The translations under genes and the position numbers were made by a program. Below the pieces are notes generated by a model. That model made no database searches. It was not told the origin of the DNA and saw nothing but the letters and a program-made list of their open reading frames with translations. From assembly GCA_905478185.1 (NCBI GenBank), contig CAJQHO010000001.1:17924-81923 (forward strand): DNA of 64,000 nucleotides. Direction: 5' to 3'. This DNA comes from an uncultured Flavobacteriales bacterium. Its GTDB lineage: Bacteria; Bacteroidota; Bacteroidia; Flavobacteriales; BACL11. How positions within the stretch are numbered: the stretch's first letter is position 1; each line of letters opens with the position of its first letter. Shown in pieces: positions 1 to 9,223 of the stretch.

Positions 1-692
1 ACTTTTCTTACTTGCTCATCAGCTGCTAACTCCTCAGCAGTACCTTGTTTTAGGATATTTCCTTCAAACAAAAGATATGCTCTATCTGTAATTTTTAGAG
101 TTTCATGCACATTATGGTCAGTAATCAAAATGCCAATATTCTTTTCTTTTAAAGCAGCGACTATCTGCTGAATATCCTCAACAGCAATAGGATCAACACC
201 TGCAAATGGTTCGTCAAGCAAAATAAACTTGGGGTTAGTGGCTAAAGCTCTTGCAATCTCTGTTCTTCTTCTCTCTCCTCCCGAGAGTAATCCCCCCATA
301 TTCTTACGCACATGTTGTAAGGTAAATTCATCAAGCAAAGATTCACATTTTTCCTTTTGCTCCTTCTTACTTAAAGCTGTCATTTCAAGTACAGCCAAAA
401 TATTATCCTCTACACTCATTGTTCTGAAAACTGATGCCTCTTGTGCTAAATAACCAACACCCATTTGAGCTCGCTTATACATAGGTAGTTTTGTGATATT
501 TACATCATCTAAAAAAACATTCCCTTCATTTGGTTTTACCAATCCAACCATCATATAGAATGAGGTAGTTTTACCTGCTCCATTTGGTCCTAAAAGCCCA
601 ACAATCTCACCTTGCTTTACCTCAACTGAAACACCTTTAACTACTGCTCGTTTCCCGTAATACTTTACTATTTTATCTGCTCTTAAAATCAT
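1..692 (-). CDS. lptB: LPS export ABC transporter ATP-binding protein LptB (C-terminus runs off the window start)
   Basis: Absent from the ORF track because it is open at the window edge. My minus-strand translation from the ATG at 692-690 reads [57 protein letters not shown]... It has Walker [12 protein letters not shown] signature LSGGERRR and Walker [16 protein letters not shown] start/stop overlap with tatC. Confidence 0.85.
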   Translation of the reverse strand, partial: MILRADKIVKYYGKRAVVKGVSVEVKQGEIVGLLGPNGAGKTTSFYMMVGLVKPNEGNVFLDDVNITKLPMYKRAQMGVGYLAQEASVFRTMSVEDNILAVLEMTALSKKEQKEKCESLLDEFTLQHVRKNMGGLLSGGERRRTEIARALATNPKFILLDEPFAGVDPIAVEDIQQIVAALKEKNIGILITDHNVHETLKITDRAYLLFEGNILKQGTAEELAADEQVRK

Positions 693-1501
693 GCGTTTGC
701 TTTTTCTTGATTTTTAATAACCCTTGCCGAAATCTTAATACTCATCTCATAAAGTACAATTAAAGGCAATGAAACTAATATCTGTGATGTTACATCTGGT
801 GGTGTAATAATTGCTGATAAAATAAGAGTAACAACCATTGCGTGCTTACGGTACACTCGCATAAATTCAGGAGTCAATAAACCAATTTTAGTTAAGAAAT
901 AAACCAAAATAGGCAACTCAAATATTATTCCATTAGCAAAACTAACTGTTGTTACTGTAGAAATAAATGAAGTTAAACTTATCTGATTTGCAACTGTGCT
1001 ACTCACTTGATACGAACCTAAAAAGTTAACTGATAAAGGAGCAACAACATAATAACCAAACACTATACCAAACATAAATAGTAATGAACTGAAAAATACA
1101 ATTCCTTTAGCTAACTTTGTTTCTCCATCATGCAAAGCAGGTCTTAAAAAACGCCACATTTCCCAAAAAACATAAGGGAATGCAAAAATAAATCCTGCAA
1201 AAATAGAAGTGGTTATATGGGCAGAAAACTGACCACTCATACTAATATTCATCAAACTAAAAGGGGATTCTGTTAAGCATAAAGCATCTTCAAAACCTAA
1301 GAAACGAGAGATATTGCAAAGCACTTTGTAAGTTAGGAAGTTTGGGTCTTTTGGACCTAGAAGGATTACATCAAAAACAATATCCTTGTACATAAAAGCA
1401 ATAATTGCAAAAAACATAATTGCGGCTGCAGCTCTTATTAAATGCCATCTGAAAATTTCCAGATGATCTAAAAATGACATTTCTTTATCCTGTTTGCTCA
1501 T
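689..1501 (-). CDS. tatC: Twin-arginine translocase subunit TatC
   Basis: 270 aa polytopic membrane protein. The N-terminus [16 protein letters not shown] is typical of TatC. Confidence 0.9.
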   Translation of the reverse strand: MSKQDKEMSFLDHLEIFRWHLIRAAAAIMFFAIIAFMYKDIVFDVILLGPKDPNFLTYKVLCNISRFLGFEDALCLTESPFSLMNISMSGQFSAHITTSIFAGFIFAFPYVFWEMWRFLRPALHDGETKLAKGIVFFSSLLFMFGIVFGYYVVAPLSVNFLGSYQVSSTVANQISLTSFISTVTTVSFANGIIFELPILVYFLTKIGLLTPEFMRVYRKHAMVVTLILSAIITPPDVTSQILVSLPLIVLYEMSIKISARVIKNQEKANA

Positions 1502-1502
1502 C

Positions 1503-2468
1503 TTAAACTACTCCTTCTTTTAATATATCATGTAGATGAACTATCCCAACATATTTTGAGCTATCCATAACTATTAATTGACTAATATTACTTGCTTCCA
1601 TTAATTGCAATGCATCATAAACTAAAGTATCATTAGAAATTGTTTTAGGATACTCATTCATAATGTCATTAGCCTTCAAATCAGTGAATGAAGCACCATT
1701 TTCCAGCATCCTTCTCAAATCCCCATCAGTAATAATTCCTTTCAACTCATCATTATCTATTACAGCAGTTGCACCCAATCTTTTATTTGAAATCTCAATA
1801 ATTACTTCATTTATTGATGCCTCAACTTTAACTGTTGGATTGTTTTCTTCTGACAAAATATCAGATATTTTTAAATATAAACGCTTACCTAAAGTTCCTC
1901 CAGGATGAAAACGAGCAAAATCCTTATCCGTAAAATCTTTGCACGCTAACAAACTAACTGCAATTGCATCACCCATTACTAGTTGTGCAGTTGTTGATGA
2001 TGTTGGTGCTAAGTTATTCGGACAAGCTTCTTTTTCGACACTAACATCTAATGCAAAATCAGATTCTTTAGCTAAAAAGGAATTCATATTTCCCGCTAAA
2101 GCAATAATTGAATTTCCCATATTTTTAATAAGGGGAAGTAAAGCTGTAATTTCAGGAGTATTTCCACTTTTTGAAATGCAAATCACTACATCACCATTTT
2201 GAATATTGCCTAAATCGCCATGTATTGCATCAGCTGCATGCACAAAAATAGCTGGCTGACCAGTAGAATTAAAGGTAGCAACCATCTTATTTGCAATGTT
2301 TGCACTCTTCCCAATTCCCACTACAATCAGCCTACCTTTAGCATTAAGTATCAAATTGATAACATTTACAAAATCATCTTCTATTCTATTTAGTAATTTA
2401 GAAATAGCATCAACCTCAAGTAAGATTGTTTCTTTTGCAATTTTTTTTATTTCAGCTGAAGATTTCAT
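1503..2468 (-). CDS. kpsF: Arabinose-5-phosphate isomerase (KpsF/GutQ family, SIS + tandem CBS domains)
   Basis: SIS motifs VGIGKSANIANK and ISKSGNTPE, plus a C-terminal CBS pair. The track ORF starts at 2540, but the ATG at 2468 (MKSSAEIKK...) fits the family length and removes the overlap with recQ. Confidence 0.85.
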   Translation of the reverse strand: MKSSAEIKKIAKETILLEVDAISKLLNRIEDDFVNVINLILNAKGRLIVVGIGKSANIANKMVATFNSTGQPAIFVHAADAIHGDLGNIQNGDVVICISKSGNTPEITALLPLIKNMGNSIIALAGNMNSFLAKESDFALDVSVEKEACPNNLAPTSSTTAQLVMGDAIAVSLLACKDFTDKDFARFHPGGTLGKRLYLKISDILSEENNPTVKVEASINEVIIEISNKRLGATAVIDNDELKGIITDGDLRRMLENGASFTDLKANDIMNEYPKTISNDTLVYDALQLMEASNISQLIVMDSSKYVGIVHLHDILKEGVV

Positions 2469-2532
2469 AAAAATAAAGTAGTATATTCGTTCACACAAAA
2501 ACCGCAACAAAAGTATTACATTTTTATCATAA

Positions 2533-4716
2533 ATGAGCATATCTACAGAAACACTACATAAAAACCTAAAAGAAATCTTTGGGTTTAACGCTTTTAGATC
2601 TGATCAAGAAGAAATAATAATAAATCTTCTAGATGGAAATGACAGCATGGTAATCATGCCAACAGGAGGTGGAAAATCAATGTGCTATCAATTACCAGCA
2701 CTTATCTCTGATGGATGTGCTATTGTTGTTTCTCCTTTAATTGCTTTAATGAAAAATCAGGTTGATGTTTTAAGAGGGCATTATCATAATGAAAGTATTG
2801 CCCATGTTTTGAATTCTTCTTTATCAAAAACTCAGACTAATCAAGTAAAAGAAGATATTGCATCAGGAAAAACAAAACTACTTTATGTAGCACCCGAATC
2901 CTTAGTGAAAAAGGAAAATACTGAATTTTTCAGATCAGTTAAAATTAGTTTCTATGCTATTGATGAGGCACATTGTATCTCAGAATGGGGACATGATTTC
3001 AGACCAGAATACAGAAACCTAAAAAGAATTATTGATGATATTGGTCAAGCTCCAATAATTGCACTTACAGCAACTGCAACACCAAAAGTAAGGCATGATA
3101 TCATGAAAAATTTACACATGTTGGATAGTAAATTATTTCTTGACTCCTTTAATAGAAGCAACCTGTTTTATGAAATACAACCTAAAAAAGATGTCGCAAA
3201 ACAAATCATACAATATATTAATACCCGTAAAGGAGAATCAGGGATTATTTATTGCTTAAGTAGAAAAAAAGTAGAGGAAATTGCTGAAGTACTACAAATA
3301 AATGGAATTAATGCCTTGCCTTATCATGCAGGATTAGAAGCTAAAAAGAGAGTAGCTCATCAAGAGGCATTTTTAATGGATGATTGTGATGTAATTGTTG
3401 CAACTATTGCTTTTGGAATGGGGATTGATAAGCCAGATATTCGCTTTGTGGTGCATCATGATATTCCTAAAAGTTTAGAAGGATATTATCAAGAAACTGG
3501 GAGAGCAGGGAGAGATGGTGGAAAGGGGGACTTAGTTACCTTTTACGACTATAAAGATATTGAAAAGTTAGAAAATTTCTTACAAGGAAAACCTGTTGCT
3601 GAGCAAGAAGTTGGAAGACTTTTAATCATGGAAACTATTGCATTTTCCGAAACATCAATGTGTAGAAGAAAATATTTATTACACTACTTTGGTGAGGAAT
3701 TTGATGCTGTAAAATGTGAGGATATGTGTGACAACTGCAAGAATCCTAAAGAAAAGATTGAAGGTAAGGATTTTATAAAATTATTGCTTGAAGGAGTTGA
3801 GGGAGCAAGAGGAAGGTTTAAACCTAAAGAAATGGCAAGGATAATGATGGGAGAAAGCAACTCTCTTATCAAACAAAACATGTCGCAACTTGATGATGTA
3901 TTTGGAACAGGAAAAGATAAATCATTAGGATTTTGGCACTCAATAATCAGGCAAGCATATGTAAAACAACTTCTAACAAAAGAAATTGAAAGTTACGGAC
4001 TTTTAAAATTAACTGACGCAGGTAAGGAATTCATAAAAGAACCTTATAGTTTTATGATAACTGAAGATCATGATTACGACTCAGTTGCTACTAGCAGTAG
4101 TGGAAACCAGAAAGGACAAGCTGCAGACCCATTGCTATTTAAAATACTAAAAGATTTAAGGAAGAAAATAGCTAAAAAAGCTGGGCTACCACCAGCAATT
4201 TTATTCATGGAACCATCTTTAATTGATATGGCAAATCAGTATCCAATAACTATGGAGGAGCTTGCTCAAGTTCAAGGAGTAGGTACTGGAAAAGCAAAAA
4301 AATATGGTTTAGAATTTATCTCTACTATTAAGGAGTATGTTGAGGAACATGAGATTGATCGACCACAAGACATTGTAGTTAGAACTGTGGCATCTAAATC
4401 CTCTAATAAAATTTACATCATACAATCATTAGACAAAAAATTATGCATTGATGATATCGCAAAAGGAAAAGGATTATCTCCTAAGAATTTGCTGACAGAA
4501 ATGGAAGAGATTGTAGAGAAAGGTACTCGCCTAAATCTTGACCATATTATAATTGACATGATGGATGAAGAAGAAAGAGAAGAAATTCATGACTTTTTTA
4601 AAGAAACAGAAGAATTCTCTTTTGATGAAGCAAGAGTTGAATTTGATGAAGAAGAATTTTCTGATAATGAAATACGATTATTACGAATTGACTTTATCTC
4701 AAAAGTAGCAAACTAA
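2533..4716 (+). CDS. recQ: ATP-dependent DNA helicase RecQ
   Basis: Motif I PTGGGKS, DEAH box AIDEAHCISEWGHDFRPEY, Zn-binding Cys cluster CRRKYLLHYFGE...CEDMCDNC, C-terminal HRDC-like region and acidic tail. Confidence 0.95.
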   Translation: MSISTETLHKNLKEIFGFNAFRSDQEEIIINLLDGNDSMVIMPTGGGKSMCYQLPALISDGCAIVVSPLIALMKNQVDVLRGHYHNESIAHVLNSSLSKTQTNQVKEDIASGKTKLLYVAPESLVKKENTEFFRSVKISFYAIDEAHCISEWGHDFRPEYRNLKRIIDDIGQAPIIALTATATPKVRHDIMKNLHMLDSKLFLDSFNRSNLFYEIQPKKDVAKQIIQYINTRKGESGIIYCLSRKKVEEIAEVLQINGINALPYHAGLEAKKRVAHQEAFLMDDCDVIVATIAFGMGIDKPDIRFVVHHDIPKSLEGYYQETGRAGRDGGKGDLVTFYDYKDIEKLENFLQGKPVAEQEVGRLLIMETIAFSETSMCRRKYLLHYFGEEFDAVKCEDMCDNCKNPKEKIEGKDFIKLLLEGVEGARGRFKPKEMARIMMGESNSLIKQNMSQLDDVFGTGKDKSLGFWHSIIRQAYVKQLLTKEIESYGLLKLTDAGKEFIKEPYSFMITEDHDYDSVATSSSGNQKGQAADPLLFKILKDLRKKIAKKAGLPPAILFMEPSLIDMANQYPITMEELAQVQGVGTGKAKKYGLEFISTIKEYVEEHEIDRPQDIVVRTVASKSSNKIYIIQSLDKKLCIDDIAKGKGLSPKNLLTEMEEIVEKGTRLNLDHIIIDMMDEEEREEIHDFFKETEEFSFDEARVEFDEEEFSDNEIRLLRIDFISKVAN

Positions 4717-5228
4717 TGAAAACATTGATATTATCAAGTTCTCTTTCTGAGAACTCCCGTTCCTATTTACTATGCAAAGCTGTAAAGGAAGAACTAATTG
4801 CAAAAGGAAACAACATTACTTTTGTAGATGCTATGAATATACCCATGCAACCATTACACAGAGGAGGAACACCTGAAATGGAAACTTTAGCCAAGCAAGT
4901 GGATGAGGCTGACAATATCATTATAGGCATGGGCGTGCACTGTTATAGCGTAAATGATAGTTTAAAAATTTTATTAGATGCTTGTTTTGGAAAAGCAACT
5001 GGTAAGTTCTTTGGAATATTGTGTGCTGCAGGAGGAGAAAGAAGTTATCTATCTACAATGCAACTTACCCAAATATGCATGAATGAATGGCGCATGATGC
5101 AATTACCAAGAATTGTTTATGCTACCGGAAAAGATTTTAAAGAAGACATCATTATTTCATCTCAAGTACTAGAAAGAATAGCCCTTTTTTCAGAAGAGTT
5201 CCATACAATAGGGAATAAATTATCTTAG
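4716..5228 (+). CDS. NAD(P)H-dependent FMN reductase-like flavoprotein (flavodoxin-like fold)
   Basis: 170 aa. The N-terminal MKTLILSSSLSENSRS pattern and overall size fit the NADPH-dependent FMN reductase family. TAATG overlap with the recQ stop. Confidence 0.55.
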   Translation: MKTLILSSSLSENSRSYLLCKAVKEELIAKGNNITFVDAMNIPMQPLHRGGTPEMETLAKQVDEADNIIIGMGVHCYSVNDSLKILLDACFGKATGKFFGILCAAGGERSYLSTMQLTQICMNEWRMMQLPRIVYATGKDFKEDIIISSQVLERIALFSEEFHTIGNKLS

Positions 5229-6394
5229 TTTTTTATAGCCAGGTAAGCCATTAATCCCATCCCAATTTTTAATGATTGCTCATCAATATTAAAGCGAGAA
5301 GTATGCAAGCCATGGGTAATACCTTTACTTTTATTAGCTGTACCTAAACGATAAAAAGTGGACGGAACTTCATGGGAATAATAGGCAAAGTCCTCAGCCG
5401 TCATTCTAATAGGCAAGTCAATTACATTTTCTGTGCCTAAATATTCTTTTGCCAAAACTATAGCGCTTTCAGTTAACACTACATCATTAACTAATGATGG
5501 ATAGCCTTTTCGGATATCAAAATCAATTTCAAGTCCATAGTATTTTGCAACTTCCAAAGCAATTTTTTGCATTCTTTTATGGGCTGTAGCTCTAAAATCC
5601 TCATCCATTGCGCGCAAAGTTCCTTTAAGCTTAACCTTATCAGGGATAACATTAGTAGACCCTAAACCCTCAACAAAACCGATTGCCAAAACAGAAGGAT
5701 GATCTTTATCTTTTTTAAAAGATTCATCCAGTTCAGTAATTAATTTGGCAGCTGCTAATAGTGGACTGTTATATTTATGTGGCAATGCCGCATGCCCACC
5801 AATTCCTTTTACGCAAATATGTAATTCATCAGTTGAGGCCATGTATTTACCTGGGCGGAAACCTACTTTTCCAACCTCTAAATCAGGAAACACATGCTGT
5901 CCCAACATTTTCTCAACCTTAGGGTTTTCAAGCACACCATCTTTTATCATTTGCTGAGCTCCACCAGGAAGCATCTCCTCTGCAGGTTGAAAGATAAACT
6001 TCACGATACCTTCCCATTCCTGTTTTAGGTTATTTAATATTTTAACAACACCAAGCAAAGAGGCCGTGTGCACATCATGCCCGCAAGCATGCATGACTCC
6101 TTTATTTACAGAACAATAATCAATTTCATTTTCCTCAGTAATTGGTAAAGCATCAAAATCAGCACGCAAAGCAAGAGTTTTTGAACTTGGATTGTTTCCT
6201 TCTAACAAAACTACAATACCAGTATCGGCAATATCTTCAGTAAAAGAAATTCCCCAACCTATGAGTATGGTTTTTATGTAAGCAGAAGTTTTATGTTCAT
6301 AAAAAGATAATTCAGGGTTTTTATGAATGTATCTTCTAATCTCAACAATTTCATCAAATGAATCCTCTACTAATTGTTTTATCTTGTCTATCAT
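5225..6394 (-). CDS. M20D-family amidohydrolase (N-acyl-amino acid amidohydrolase / hippurate hydrolase-like)
   Basis: 389 aa. Metal-ligand region MHACGHDVHTA and the typical IRRYIHKNPELSFYEHKT N-terminus. Confidence 0.8.
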   Translation of the reverse strand: MIDKIKQLVEDSFDEIVEIRRYIHKNPELSFYEHKTSAYIKTILIGWGISFTEDIADTGIVVLLEGNNPSSKTLALRADFDALPITEENEIDYCSVNKGVMHACGHDVHTASLLGVVKILNNLKQEWEGIVKFIFQPAEEMLPGGAQQMIKDGVLENPKVEKMLGQHVFPDLEVGKVGFRPGKYMASTDELHICVKGIGGHAALPHKYNSPLLAAAKLITELDESFKKDKDHPSVLAIGFVEGLGSTNVIPDKVKLKGTLRAMDEDFRATAHKRMQKIALEVAKYYGLEIDFDIRKGYPSLVNDVVLTESAIVLAKEYLGTENVIDLPIRMTAEDFAYYSHEVPSTFYRLGTANKSKGITHGLHTSRFNIDEQSLKIGMGLMAYLAIKN

Positions 6395-6759
6395 TTTGTG
6401 AAAATCAATTTAATTGCAGCAAATAACATTACAACTCCAAATACTTTTTTTACAATTTCTGGATTTAAACTTAAAGAGAGTTTAGATCCAAAATAACCTC
6501 CAACCACAAAAGTAAGAGCTATAACAACAGCATATTCCCATTTTACATAACCAGATTTAAAATAGTTTATTGCAGCTAAAATTCCAATTGGAGGCAACAT
6601 TGCAACAAGAGCCGTTCCTTGTGCTTCAAACTGTGATAACCCCAAAAATATCATCAGTAAAGGAATCATCAAAATACCTCCACCAACTCCAACAAACCCA
6701 CTTAACATTCCTGCAAGTAACCCAATAATTATTAAAACAATAAATGTAGAAAAACTCAT
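6391..6759 (-). CDS. Half-size TSUP (TauE/SafE-like) membrane protein
   Basis: 122 aa from the ATG at 6759 (the track ORF is extended to 6816). Four hydrophobic segments and the glycine-rich motif GFVGVGGGILMIP typical of TauE/SafE transporters. Confidence 0.65.
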   Translation of the reverse strand: MSFSTFIVLIIIGLLAGMLSGFVGVGGGILMIPLLMIFLGLSQFEAQGTALVAMLPPIGILAAINYFKSGYVKWEYAVVIALTFVVGGYFGSKLSLSLNPEIVKKVFGVVMLFAAIKLIFTK

Positions 6760-6855
6760 AGCACAAATATAAAAATGAATTTTAGGGATGCCACACATGA
6801 ATCTTATAGTTTTCATACATTAATTAACATATCTTTGCAAAGTAAAAAATATACT

Positions 6856-7494
6856 ATGAAAGTTACAGCATTAACATTTAATCAATTTCAGGAAAACACT
6901 TACATTATTTCTGATAACACAAAGGATTGCATTATAATTGACCCTGGTTGCTATCAAGATTTTGAGAGAACTAAGTTGACCGATTTTATTAAAACCAAAA
7001 ACCTAAAACCAGTAAAACTTATCAATACACATTGCCATATTGATCATGTTTTAGGCAACAAATTTGTGAGTGAACAATGGAATTTAGAATTATATGCGCA
7101 CAAGGAAGATTTACCATTACTTACAAATGCAGGAGCAGTTGCCAAAATGTATGGACTTGAAAAATATGAAGGATCTCCTTATCCAAAACATTTCTTAGAA
7201 GAAGGTGATACGCTTAAATTTGGGGCAAGTGAACTTGAAATTATTTTTGCACCAGGACATGCGCCAGGACACATCTGTTTACTAAGTATAAAAGATGGGT
7301 TTATTATTGCTGGAGATGTGCTTTTTAATGGAAGTATCGGCAGGACAGATTTGCCAGGTGGAGATTACGATACATTAATTGAAAGTATTAAAACTAAACT
7401 TCTTCCATTGGATGAAAATACTATTGTTTATTGCGGGCATGGGCCTTCAACTAGCATTGGAAAAGAAAAAATGAATAATCCTTTTTTGGTTTAA
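6856..7494 (+). CDS. MBL-fold metallo-hydrolase (glyoxalase II-like)
   Basis: HxHxDH motif THCHIDHV and downstream APGHAPGH. Start moved to the ATG at 6856 (MKVTALTF...), since the track start at 6775 overlaps the divergent upstream gene. Confidence 0.85.
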   Translation: MKVTALTFNQFQENTYIISDNTKDCIIIDPGCYQDFERTKLTDFIKTKNLKPVKLINTHCHIDHVLGNKFVSEQWNLELYAHKEDLPLLTNAGAVAKMYGLEKYEGSPYPKHFLEEGDTLKFGASELEIIFAPGHAPGHICLLSIKDGFIIAGDVLFNGSIGRTDLPGGDYDTLIESIKTKLLPLDENTIVYCGHGPSTSIGKEKMNNPFLV

Positions 7495-8582
7495 ACCCTT
7501 TCAGTTTCTCCTTTTTGTTTTAAATCAGCAACAAATTGCTTTATTTTTTGCTCATCTTCTTTTTTACAAACCAGTATCGTCCCTTCATTTTCCACCACTA
7601 TATAACCATTTAACCCTTGTAGAACTACTAACTTATCATCAGAAACTTTCACCAAATTATCAGAAGAGTCATACATCATTACATTATTTCCCTGAATCGC
7701 ATTCTTATATTCATCTAATTCAAGATGAGAATATAATGAACCCCAAGTCCCTAAATCACTCCAACCAAAATCAGCAGGATAAACATATACATTCTCAGAT
7801 TTTTCCATTATTCCATAATCAATAGAAATATTTTTACAAGCCGGGAAAACCCTGTCAATAAATTCCTTTTCGTTAATTGTATTATAGAATTGCTTTCCTT
7901 CATCAAAAACTTCATGCATATCTCTTAAATGCTTACGATAAGCTAAAGTTATTGACTTTGCGCTCCAAATAAACATTCCAGAGTTCCATAAAAAATCGCC
8001 ACTATCTAAAAAATTAAGTGCTAACTCCTGATTTGGTTTTTCAGTAAAAGTTTTAACCTTTCTAGCTTTTTTAGATCCAGACAAATTATCTTCAGAAAAT
8101 TGAATATACCCATAGCCAGTATCTGGACGAGATGGCGTAATTCCTAATGTTAAAAGCACATCATTTTTAGCAACAATATCTAAGCAATCATTTGTTACTC
8201 TTACAAACTCATCCTCTTTTAAAATAATATGATCAGAAGCTGCAATTATCATATTAGCATCCTCATTCATACTTTGAATTTTGAAAGCTGCATAAGCCAC
8301 ACATGGAGCAGTATTCCTCATTGCTGGTTCACAAAGAATATTACTTTCTACAACATTTGGCAACTGTTCCAAACACAAATTCTTATAATTTGTATTTGTT
8401 ACAATAAGTATATTTTCAGGTGGGCAAATTCGTTCTAAACGTCTAAAAGTTTGTTGGATTAATGTTTCTCCTGTTCCTAAAATATCTAAAAACTGTTTTG
8501 GAAAAGAGGATTTACTCATTGGCCAAAATCTTGAACCTATCCCTCCTGCCATTATTACTGCATAATTATTTTTATTCATCAT
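7491..8582 (-). CDS. Mannose-1-phosphate guanylyltransferase (nucleotidyltransferase domain only)
   Basis: 363 aa. N-terminal AVIMAGGIGSRFWPMS nucleotidyltransferase signature of the ManC/CpsB family. Confidence 0.8.
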   Translation of the reverse strand: MMNKNNYAVIMAGGIGSRFWPMSKSSFPKQFLDILGTGETLIQQTFRRLERICPPENILIVTNTNYKNLCLEQLPNVVESNILCEPAMRNTAPCVAYAAFKIQSMNEDANMIIAASDHIILKEDEFVRVTNDCLDIVAKNDVLLTLGITPSRPDTGYGYIQFSEDNLSGSKKARKVKTFTEKPNQELALNFLDSGDFLWNSGMFIWSAKSITLAYRKHLRDMHEVFDEGKQFYNTINEKEFIDRVFPACKNISIDYGIMEKSENVYVYPADFGWSDLGTWGSLYSHLELDEYKNAIQGNNVMMYDSSDNLVKVSDDKLVVLQGLNGYIVVENEGTILVCKKEDEQKIKQFVADLKQKGETERV

Positions 8583-8635
8583 CTTATATCTTTTTCAAAA
8601 AATCGGTTGCTAAAATACAACAATTAACTAACAAA

Positions 8636-9223
8636 TTATTGCACACTTTCAACTTCTGCAAGCGGATGAAACAAATACACTTTATTTGTTTTAATTTCAA
8701 CACACTTAAAACGCTTCCTCAATTTTATTCCTTTTTCAAAAACTTTTCCATTACTCAGTTTAAATATAACTCCTTCTGATAAATCAGAAATAGTAAGTAA
8801 GTTTCTTGTATCATAATTTCTCAAAACTTTTGACAATTCAACATCAGAAAAAGTTGATGCTTTTGGAGTAATAATATGATTGCTCAAAACTTTTAAAATA
8901 TCCTGTGGGAAGTAATCAGGAGATAAAAAGTTTAACATCATAGACTTGAAAGTCAGCTTCCAACTATCACCATGAGGTTTAACTGAGTTTGTATGTTTTT
9001 TAAAGACAAAAGCATGAGCTAACTCATGAGTAAAAGTAATCAGAAAAGCATACTTATTCAGATTATTATTCACACTAACAATCAGCTTATTCCCTCTAAC
9101 TTTAAAATCACCTAACTTAGTTTTTCTAGGAGTTGAAACAACTACTGTTGCGTTTAACTCATCAACCCAACATTGCAATATATCAATACTTTTATCTGGA
9201 ACGAATGAGTGAAAGGTCAGCAT
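8636..9223 (-). CDS. SprT-like zinc metallopeptidase-domain protein
   Basis: 195 aa with the HExxH motif FTHELAHAF. Its start codon directly abuts the feoB stop (9223/9224). Confidence 0.6.
   Translation of the reverse strand: MLTFHSFVPDKSIDILQCWVDELNATVVVSTPRKTKLGDFKVRGNKLIVSVNNNLNKYAFLITFTHELAHAFVFKKHTNSVKPHGDSWKLTFKSMMLNFLSPDYFPQDILKVLSNHIITPKASTFSDVELSKVLRNYDTRNLLTISDLSEGVIFKLSNGKVFEKGIKLRKRFKCVEIKTNKVYLFHPLAEVESVQ

Noticed and set aside
2469-2540. N-terminal extensions of several track ORFs (starts at 2540, 6816, 6775, 15263, 40522, 42492, 45547)
   Set aside because: In each case a downstream ATG gives the family-typical N-terminus or a signal peptide starting MKK.... It also removes overlap with the neighbouring gene, so the extensions are longest-ORF artefacts.
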